Shown in pieces: positions 13,998-30,295 of a stretch of 64,000 nucleotides of DNA. The notes beneath the pieces were generated by a model. The model worked only from the letters and a program-made list of their open reading frames with translations. It did no database searches and was not told the origin of the DNA. This DNA is from Dictyostelium discoideum (taxonomy: Eukaryota). The stretch is taken from the NCBI GenBank assembly GCA_000004695.1, contig CM000152.2, positions 2,272,001 through 2,336,000 on the forward strand. Reading direction: 5' to 3'. The position numbers and the translations under genes are program-made. Every line of letters begins with the position of its first letter. Positions within the stretch are counted from its first letter, which is position 1.

Positions 13998-14201
13998 CAA
14001 TTTCGTAAAACAAAAAATGATCAAATTTGCTTAAAAAAAAAAAAAAAAAAAAAAGACAAATAAAACAAAATAAAATAAAACAAAATAATAATAATATAAA
14101 ATAAAATAAAATAAAATAAAATAAAATAAAATAAAATTACCTTTAATCAAATTTATTATACTCAAAAAAATAAATAGAAATAATAAAAAATTATTCTTCA
14201 T
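8534..14201 (-). CDS. Giant Cys-rich-ectodomain 7TM receptor-like protein, paralog 1, about 1739 aa: join(14201..14141,13921..13037,12937..12435,12304..8534)
   Basis: Seen in sequence. Exon 1 is ATG..(MKNNFLLFLFIFLSIINLIKG), a signal-peptide micro-exon ending G|GTAATT (phase 1). Acceptor aatag|GT at 13922/13921 gives (G)FEVKSSTVVKKDVNVLGVDLSYALIDIEF.. Exon 2 ends ..WQLSED T|GTAAGT (13036-13031, phase 1). Acceptor aaaatag|TTGATAAC at 12938/12937 gives (F)DNYIVLYLEP.. Exon 3 ends ..IFDENDN|GTAAGT (12434-12429, phase 0). Acceptor aattag|CCAATT at 12305/12304 gives PINIQVGFKEKEIECDTDKF..ELLENTEK.. All frames were checked against the ORF-track frames. Exon 4 holds roughly 850 aa of Cys-rich ectodomain and then 7 hydrophobic helices (LMYTLGALFSVVSIWGLFELCLIV ... 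MIFSFIGLIITEIVPGFSILYCF), followed by a Ser/Asn-rich tail. The 'M' of the 1233-aa and 521-aa ORFs are TTG codons inside exons. Exon 1 and the 219-bp intron 1 are less certain than the rest. Confidence 0.72.
12343..12419. repeat. (TAA)n microsatellite in intron 3 of 7TM paralog 1
   Basis: aataataataataat... Confidence 0.9.
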
Positions 14202-14371
14202 TTTTTTAAAAAAGAAAAATTATAAACTATTCTTTTTTTGATGTGAAAAAAAAAAAAAGTGTTTATAAAAATATATTTATAGATTATTATTTGATGAAGG
14301 AAAGATTTATTTCAAGGACCTCTTTTTTTTTTTTTAAATGAATTATATATATTTTTTTTTTTCCTCTTTTC

Positions 14372-14411
<40 letters not shown>

Positions 14412-14693
14412 AAAGTTTGTTTTGATCAAAAAATTTTCGTACGAGAGACCCTAATACTTGCAAGACCGTCCCAAAGATAAAGGGAAAAAAAATAAAAAAA
14501 TAAAAAAAAAAAAAATAAAAAAATTTAAAAAAATGTTTTTAGCTTTTAAGGATAAATCTTTGAACACAGATTTGTGTCAGTTTACTTTAATATCTTTTTT
14601 TCTCAATAAATTAAATTAAAATTTTTTTATTTTTTTTTTTTTTTTGTAAATAAAAAAATGTTTAAAACTAAAAATAAAACCACAATTAATCAA

Positions 14694-14725
<32 letters not shown>

Positions 14726-14921
14726 ATAATTTATATATTCTCAAAAATATCTTATATTTATCAACAAAAAAGAGGTATCTTTAAAAAAAAACAATTTTTT
14801 TAATTTTATTTATTTAATATTTTTTTGTTATATATTTATTTTTAGTTAATTATGTTTTTTTATTTTTATTTTAAATGTACAAAACTTATTTTTTCAATTA
14901 AAAAAAAAAGTTATTTTATTC

Positions 14922-20826
<5,905 letters not shown>

Positions 20827-21477
20827 TTTTTTTTTTTTTTTAATTTTTAATTATTTAAGTTTTGGTATGAATTTTTACCTTTGCGTTTTCTTTATTTTTT
20901 AGAAAAAAAAAAAAAAACAAATAATAATAACTTCATATACGAAGATTATTGTTTTGTAAGCGATAATTATTTAGAAAAACAATTGGAAAAAAAAAAAAAA
21001 AAATTAAAAAAAGAAAAAAAAAATAAATTAAAATAAAAAAAAATTACAAAAAAAAATTTGAGTAGATATTATAATAATTGATTGACGAGGTTTCGACAAA
21101 GGCTATAAAAAAAAAAAAATTCAACCAATCAAATCTTTTGGATATAGATTTTTTTTTTTGAATTTTTACAAAAAAAAAAAAAAAAAATTGAAAAATCTAA
21201 GTATGCTATTAAAATCATTTTAGATGGTCCAATCAACAGATTGTTTTTTAGGTTTAAAAATCATTATCATAATAACCAACTGTTTTTTTTTTTTAAAATT
21301 AAAAAACGTAAGGTGGGCCAAGTTTATTCCTTTTTATTGTAATTTTTTATCACTTTTTTTTTTTCTGACTTTTTATTTTTTTTTTTTTTTTTTTAATTTT
21401 AGCGTACCTAAAACTTTTTTTTAATTTTTATTTTTTTTTTTATTTTTATTTTTTTTTATATTTTTTTTTATTTCGAA

Positions 21478-24400
21478 TCAATCATCATTACTGGTTGGAG
21501 TGTTGACTGATGAATTATTGGGTGATTCGAAATCATTATTTGAATACTCGGATGGTGAATTGGAATTAGTATTAATTGAATTTTGACGAGAATCGCTAAC
21601 CATTGTCGATAATCTCGTTCCTTTTTCTCTCTTTGAGCCACCTCTACTGCTACCCCTAGTTGTTCCACTTGCGGTGTCAGCAACATTATTTTTAGCACGT
21701 TGGTCAAAGCAGAATAAAATACTACATGCTGGAATAATTTCAGTGATTATTAAACCAATGAAACTGAATACCATTGAATTTACATTTCCTGCTACTAAAA
21801 TCAAAACAAAAGCACAATGTAATAAAAACCCAATTGAGCAAACGAATGAAAGTATGAAAATTTTTCTTTGATGATTTGATTTTGAGCCCACTTTAATATT
21901 GGTTGAACGCATAACAATGAATAAACGGCCACCCAAGTAAATGAATGCTGCACCCATAATTAATGAAATTAATGCTTGAATCACCGCATAAACAATACTA
22001 ACTACACGTTGTGGTGTTGAACTTTCAATTGGAATTATAATACGTGAACCACAATCATTGGTTGGATTTGATTTGGTATATTGGAAAACCAATACAATTG
22101 CAATGAATAATAGGTAGAGGAATGCATTGATTACAAATACAATTGTAAATAATCTGTTTGTTAGATTATCAGCAGATTTATTCTTTTTCAATACCAGGAA
22201 AACAATGACATACCAAAGTACTAAAAGAATATTAAATGCTGTAAAGTAAATAAATGTTGGTAATACCACAAGAATGTAATCAATGATTGGACTATCGGAT
22301 AAATTACCACTTGGCATAATAAAGAAATAAATGGCTCTAATTGTGATAAATAGTGTTACGACACCAATTAAAAGATGAGTTAATTGGAATTTTCTTTTAA
22401 TTGATATATTTCTTTGTTTATATCTTGCAATTGCGATTAAACATAGTTCAAATCCACCCCACAACGCGACAACCAAAAAGAAGGTGGCCAATGTATACAT
22501 TAATGCCTTTGATGTCGAGTCGAATGCTTGTTTTCTTTCATCCTCCCATTCATCCATACGATTAATTGGGAAATAAATTGGATTACCACCTTCAATGGTA
22601 ACAATTGAACATAACATTAAAACTTCATCTTTACCTGCAGTTACACTATCCTCTGAAATTTGAGTGAAAACTTTACTTGATTGAATTGGATTTGGTGTTT
22701 TTGATTCAATATCATAACTACCATCATTTATTTGAATTGCAAAATCATAAATTGGATATTTTGAATTATTTGTTCCAGATATTGTTAAACAAATGGTTGC
22801 TTCATTTATACCATCTTGTGATTTAATCATAATACCATCTCCTAATAATGTACCAATGATTGCATCATTAGAGTTTTTAACACCATATTTATCAGCTTTC
22901 TTATAGGATACGAAATTTGATGCTAATGATTCTTTTTGTGCTGATGTATAGATTTCTCTTGAAATTTGTGAAATTGATAAAGATTGACAACTTTGAGAGA
23001 TTGAATCATTTGAAAATTCAATTTTACCATAATCGAATGAAAATGATGAATTTACACCTGCGCATGGTTTAGTTTGACCTAATAATGGTGTTGATGCAGT
23101 GAAACATTGTGAGCCACCTTTACCTGAACAACTACATGTAATTGAGTTCAAATTTGATTGTAATCTTTCCATACGACAATATGCTTCTGAACGGAATAAA
23201 TCTGCAACTTGAGCTTTTGCTGCTTTTGTAACACTCTTGTAGAATAGTTGATAATTGAATACATCTCTATTTTCATTTGGAATGAATGATTTTGCAGTAT
23301 TCCAAACAATTGGTTTATAAACACCTGGTAACCATGTGGCTGCTTCCCATTGGAATTTATTTGTCCATTTATTGAATGAATCTATACATGCTTCACATGT
23401 TTCTTGGTTCATTTCATTAAAATGGAAGTTGTATGGTAAATTGGTTTCATATGATTCTAAAATTTTACAACCCATTTGTAATGTACATGAACTTTGATTT
23501 CTTGCTGGTGTCCACCATACACCACCATCATCTTCACAATCGATTTGAGTTAAAACCATTGGATTAATAGAGTAGCAACCATTTGGTGAATCTTGTTGTT
23601 CAGACTCCTTACATGAAATTAAATATTGATAATTATCATGTGGGAACACACATCTACCCAATCCAACAGGATAATGATTATTTGCAAGAGAACTAAAGTA
23701 AAAGTCATCGGAACAAGTACCTGCTGCTGTTAAACATTCTTGTTCAGTTTGACATTCAATTGGTTTTAGTGAACAAAGTTTTACATTATTTAATGGTCCA
23801 GAACATTCACCTTCAAGTTTTGTTGAACAATCTATCCATGTATAATTTGTACCAGTGGCAGTACATTGTTGTTCATCCGTTGCAGATTTTAATATACAAA
23901 CATTTGCTTCGGTTGACCATTCAGTTGTACCTACAGGATTATCTAATGCTGCACAATTTGTGCTATTCATTCCGGTTTGTAAAATTGCACAATAATCATC
24001 TTGATTATTTGCTAAACTTGAAGAGCATTCATAACCACATGGTACTGAACATTTACCTTTAGAATTACAATTACTTTCGCTTGTTGCTGTTAAATCATAT
24101 TCACCATTTGGTAAAAGACAAATTTGATTTTGAGTTTGACATGATGTTTGATCTGTAAATTCAGTAGCTACATGACATTGAGTATCTTCATTTGTACAAA
24201 CACCACAAAAATCTTTTAAAACACAAGCATCTTCACATGACTCTTCAATGCCATTTTCAGTATATGTATTATCTTTGCAAGACAAGTATGGACAAATACC
24301 CCAATCAGTACAATTATCAACATGAGAAACTAATCTAAAATCCCAATGTGCATAAATTGACTCAATACAAGTATCATGATAGGTAATACATGATTCATCA

Positions 24401-26845
24401 ATACATTCTTGATGTTGAACTGCATAACAATCATCTACTTGGAATCCTGGTGACCAAATAAATGTTGAACGATCTTTAATATAATTATGACCAATACAAT
24501 CCTCTCTTATATGGTTATTGAAAACTTTAGTTACAACATCATCATTTACTGTTGTTGAACCTTCTAACAATGAGAATAATGTACCAGGTGATAAGTGTAA
24601 TAGTACACATTTTACATATTCAAAATCGATTGTATCAAAATCTGGTATACAAGTTCTTGAGTATAAATTACATTCACCATTTCCATATCCATTACAATCT
24701 GTATCATTTGAACAAAATGGTGATACTAATTTACTCTTGCAATCTCTTAAAACTGTAATTGATGTTAATTCTAATTTTTTAGGTTCAATTGATGGCACAG
24801 CACAATCATCAATACCAGTTAACGAACTACCATAATCTGATAATACTGATGAGGTACATTCTTGACTTGAACATTGTTCACTTACTAAACTTTTATTCAC
24901 CGATATGAATTGTGTAACATTTTTTAAAACAATTGATGGATTACAACATTGATAATATCTAGCCAATTCTGAACAACATGGGTCAGTTTTATATTCTGGA
25001 TCAGTGACGAAATGTGAACAATATTTTGTTGATATATTCTTTGCAACAGTTTCCATATGTAATAATGATAATGCTTTATTACTACAACCTATCCATGCAT
25101 CACTAATAGTCAATGAATCTAAACTATATCTATAATTATTTAATTCATCAATATCCGAAACATTAAATAGTGTTGTCTCTGTTTTTTCAATAAGTCCCAA
25201 AACTTTTTCAAATTCTGTATTATTACATTCTAAATTTTTTTCTTTAAAATTAATAGTTAAATCAATTGGCTAAAGTAATAATAATAATAATAATAAAAAA
25301 TAAATGTTAATAATTTTTTAAAAAATAAATGTTAATAATTTTTTAAAAAATAAAAATAAAAATTTAATATTATTATTTACATTATTATTTTCATCAAAAA
25401 TAGTTCCAAGGAATTGTAAAGATGATTCTAAAATTGTTGAATAATTTTCAATAAAATCACCACCAACTGAAAGAATAAATGCAACTTGAAATGATTTTGG
25501 TTTAAAAGTATTTAATGGTGGCTGTAAAATATTTAAATAGTTAAATGAAGTTGAATCAATGAAACGAGCAGATACTGGCCATAATGGATTTATATCGTAT
25601 TGTGGATAAATTGCGGTGAATGTAGTGCTAGTTGTAAAAGCTGCTGAATCATAATCAATAGTTGGCAAACGTAAACGTACACTATTAACCAATGCTAAAG
25701 TACCAGGTTGTGTTGATAATGATCCCAATGAATATCTATACCTATTACCTTGATTTGTAATTGAAAATGAATAATCTGTTTCATAAACTGTATATACACT
25801 TAAATAAATAATTAATGGTGTTGTACTATCAACTGGTTCCAAATATAATACCATATTATTTTCATCTAAAAAAAAAATAAAAAATAAAAAATAAAAAAAC
25901 AATTAATAAATTAATAAATTAATAAATTAATAAAATTATTATTATTTAAATACGTTACAATCTTGTTCTAATTTCCAAGTTGTATAACTGGCATTTGGAA
26001 ATATATATTCGTTTGAAATAAATATTGAAGTACTTTGAAAAATTGAAGGGAAATTAAAATAATAGAAACCAGCATTTTCAACTTGAAATGAATAATGTTG
26101 ATATTGATTATCTGTTAAGAAACCATAGACAACTTGACCAATAGTTACACATATATGGTCAGATGATACTGGTTGACAATTTGAAGTGTCGACAGGTTCA
26201 CTTGGTACATCATTTGAACGAATGATCATTTTAAAAGTATAATTGTTACTAAGTGGTTGAATTCTTAAAAAGTAAGTGTCACGACTCCAAGAATCTGTGA
26301 ATGTAAAATGTTCAGTTCTATTCCAATTATCTGATGGACATATATTGAATAACATATTTCTTTCAGGTGAAAAACCAGATGAATAACGTGAATAGCTTGA
26401 TGATGGTGTTTTACCATTAATATAAACTTGACCATATCCAGAGATTGGTAAAACTTTTAAAAATAAACCTTTACAACCAAATGAATCGGCTTTCATTCTA
26501 AAAAATAGATCCTCTGATGTAGTATAGATTTTTTCTGTATCCGATTCAATAGTTGTCCATTCGCCATTACAAATATTCTCAGTGACATTACATGCATTTG
26601 TACAACTTGGATCACGGATTTTCGGACATTCGTTCATATCTGTATAATCACATGTACAATCTATATTCTTATCACTTGGAATATCTGTACAATTATAGTT
26701 TGGACATCCCAATGAATCATATAAATAAATATCTTGATCAAATTCAACATCAATCAATGCATATGATAAATCGGTTCCCAATAAGTTAACATCTTTTTTT
26801 ATAATAGTTGACGATTTAACTTCAATACCTATTTACAATTATTTT

Positions 26846-26899
<54 letters not shown>

Positions 26900-27214
26900 G
26901 TATTTTTAGAATTTTTGATTTTCACGTTTTACAAAAAAAAAAAATAGTGCGAAAAAAAAAAACAGTGCGAAAAAAAAACAGTTCGAATTGTTTTTTTTTT
27001 TTTTTTTTCAGATTCCGTGTGGTAAAATAATTATAATTGTTTATTTTTTGATCTTCGTAAAAATAAAAAAAAATAAAAATAAAACAAAAAAGATAAAAAT
27101 AAAAAAAATAATAATAATGAAAAAAGAAATTAATTTACCTCTGATTTTATTTATAAAAAAAAGATGGAACGAAAATAAGAAAATGTAAAATATTACAATA
27201 TTTTTAACATTCAT
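21478..27214 (-). CDS. Giant Cys-rich-ectodomain 7TM receptor-like protein, paralog 3, about 1740 aa: join(27214..27139,26828..25959,25865..25381,25269..21478)
   Basis: Exon 1 ATG(27214)..MNVKNIVIFYIFLFSFHLFFINKIR(G), donor G|GTAAAT (27138). Acceptor aaatag|GT at 26829/26828 gives (G)IEVKSSTIIKKDVNLLGTDLSYALIDVEFDQDIYLYD.. Exon 2 ends ..WKLEQD T|GTAACG (25958-25953, non-canonical 4th-6th positions; the least certain junction). Acceptor ttttag|ATGAAAAT at 25866/25865 gives (Y)ENNMVLYLEPVDSTT.. Exon 3 ends ..TIFDENNN|GTAAAT (25380). Acceptor ctttag|CCAATTG at 25270/25269 gives PIDLTINFKEKNLECNNTEF..TTLFNVSD.. Seven TM helices and an S/N-rich tail as in paralogs 1 and 2. Intron 1 is unusually long (310 bp). 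Confidence 0.68.
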
Positions 27215-27628
27215 TTTTTTTTTTTTTTTAATTTTTTTTTTTTTTTTTTTTTTTTTCTACAGTACAATTATAATTATTTTATTACTTCACATTAAAAAAA
27301 AAAAAAAAAAAAAAAATAAAAAAAAAAAAAAAAGTAAACTCTTGAAAAAAGAAAAAATACAAAATTAAAAAAATAAAATATTTTAAATTTAAATAAAAAA
27401 ACTTTAAAAAAAATATTTTTATGGAAATCTTAGGAATCGCAGGAATTTTTTTAAATTTAAGAAAAATTTATTTTTATGCAGATCAGTTGTGCCGAACAAA
27501 TTTAAATAATCATTGGCTACTTATTTTTGATCAACGTTTAACATTAAGTTGGATTATTTTTTTTTTTTTCCTCATCTTTTGAGAAAGATATTTTTAAATG
27601 TTATTAATTATAAATACATTTTTCATTG

Positions 27629-27660
<32 letters not shown>

Positions 27661-28678
27661 CAAAGCATTTTTTTTTTTTTTTTAATTCGATCTCACCTAA
27701 AATCTTTTCAAAGAGTTTTGGTAATTTTATTTGATCATGAGATGTATGATAGATTTTTTGTTAGGTTTGATGATCATAATTCTCCACACCAAAAAAAATA
27801 AAATAATAAGAATTTATTCATTCTGGTTACAAAACAAAAAATTGAACAAAAATAATTATAAAGGAATTTCACTTTTTAATTTTTTTTTTTTTTTTTTTTT
27901 TTTTCGGATGAATTGTTTTATTAGAAAAAAAACATGTGGGTCAGAAAACAAAAAAAAAAGACTATAAATACTATTTTAAAATTAATTTTTTTTATTTTTT
28001 TTTTATTTTGAGGGGCGAAAAAAAAAAAGATATTTTTGATAAGAACATTTCAATTTAAATTTTTAATTTTTCTTTCACCTTTTTTTTTTTTTTTTTTAAT
28101 TATTAATTTATATTTTTCTTTTTTTCCTTGTTTTTTTAAGAAAGCATTTTTTAATTTTTTAATATCAATTTTTTATTAATTTATATATTTTTTTTTTTCT
28201 TGTTTTTTTTTTTTTTTTTGGTCTACCAATTTTTTTTATATTTTTTTTTTTAAATATTAAAAGATTAATATTTAAAGGAATTTAATAGTGTCTTTTTTTT
28301 TTTTTTTTTTTTTTTTTTTTGGCGTATTCCAAAAGTCTAAGAATCTCTTCAAGAATTTGATAGGGTTATAAAAAATAAAATAAGAAAAACGATTCACGCT
28401 TTACAGCATTCATATAATATTAATTGTGTGTTCCTTTATTTATTATGATCAATAATACATTAAAAAAAAAGAAAAAAATAAAAAAAAAATAAAAAAATAA
28501 AAAATAAAACAAAAGGACAACTCGCGAAGGGTTTTTTTTTGGAGAAAAATTCAGAGTAATTGCTGTAAGGCGAGCTTATTTAAAAATTAAAAAAAATCTA
28601 TTAATTAGTAAAAAAAATTTTAATAATAAAATTTTTATGGGATTTTTTTTTTTAATTTTTTTTTTTTGCCTCAGCTCC

Positions 28679-28718
<40 letters not shown>

Positions 28719-30145
28719 TTATTTAAAACAAATTAATAAACTATTTTTATTTGTATAAATGAAATTGAAAGTAGATTGTATTCTAGTTTATCATTTGATA
28801 AATGATATTTTAGTTAATTGTAATATTGAAAATCATGATTCAACTTTTTAAATGCCCCATGTTATAACTAAATAAATGTGGTGTTGGGATAATTACAAAC
28901 TATGAATTTGTAACTACCATAATATTAGGTTTCAAACCACTAACACCAAAATCGCTTGCACAATATGCGTCGATACCACATGATTGGATAATATCACCAA
29001 ATGCAGTTTAACATAACCAACAATATCGGATTCTGTGGAGCAAGGGAGGTAACTTCCATTTCTAAGAGACTTCCATATTAAATTGGTGCATGGAAGTGGT
29101 TTTATATCGATATAAAATTTCAAAACTTTTCGATACCAAAGTTGCTGGTTGATGATTTTTCGCAACAGATTGGATATGATATGATTGAGCCCGACCTCTC
29201 ACCCAAAGGAGGTAAAGCATGTTCAAAAATTTTCATCTTTGCTTCTGTATTATGTAAATTGTATATTAGTTAAAAAGTTTTGAAATTAATTTAAATTTTA
29301 AAATCATATTTTAAAAGGGATTGACATACCATATAAAACATAAAGATGAGTTGGAATATTGTTTTCATTTAATTTGGTTTCAATATCTAATTCATTTTCG
29401 CCCAATCCACAACCTACTGGTTGTTTATCGAAAATTGATAAATCTTTTGTTTTATATTGTTTTTCATCATTGCTAATATATTCTGCTATTATTTTTAAAA
29501 CATCAAATATTGTATTTACTGATTCAAATTTAAATTTGATCTTTTTTTTTATTTAAAAAAACAAAACAACTGAAAGAAACCATTATTATAATTACTATTT
29601 TATAAAATAGTTGAAAAGAAATTTGAAATATTAAAAAAAAACAATAAAAATTAAAAACCAATCCAAATAATTTAAATGAAGAGTTTCTTTTTTTTTTTTT
29701 TTTTTGATATTGACCAGTTAGGATTTCTAGCCGACTTGCATGTAATTCCCCAATTGTGTTTTTATGGACCTCGTTAATTCGTGGGAAGACCAAGATTAAA
29801 AAATTCACATCAAAACTCTTTTCTTATTTGATTATTTAATTTTTAAAAAAAGAAAAACAAATACAAAAAAAAAAAAAGGTATCGATAGTTGAGATATTTC
29901 CAACAATTGTTTGATTTTTAAAAAAATATTGCAAAATGTTTTTTTTTTTTTTGAGTGAATTGTTTTATTAGAAAAAAAAAAAAGTGGTTCAGAAAAAATG
30001 AAAAAAAAAAAATCTATAAATATTTTAATTTTTTTTTTTTTATTTTTTATTTAATTCGAGGTTTTGGGTGAAAAAAAAAAAAAAAGATATTTTTGATCAC
30101 AAATATTTGCAGAACAAAACATTTTCTTTTTTCTTTCTTTCTTTT

Positions 30146-30176
<31 letters not shown>

Positions 30177-30295
30177 GGTTAATAATTTATATATTTTTTT
30201 TCATTGTTTTAAGAAAACATTTATTAATAAATAAAAATATTATTGATATCCTGTAACATAATAAAAAAATAAAAAAATAAAAAAAATAAAAAAAA

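Noticed and set aside
28932-29165. 77-aa ORF (and 29530-29808-, 29359-29556+) as stand-alone genes
   Set aside because: No recognisable protein, and the frames conflict with the better coding-like segment at 29345-29560. Not called as genes, but kept as a finding because the region is compositionally anomalous.
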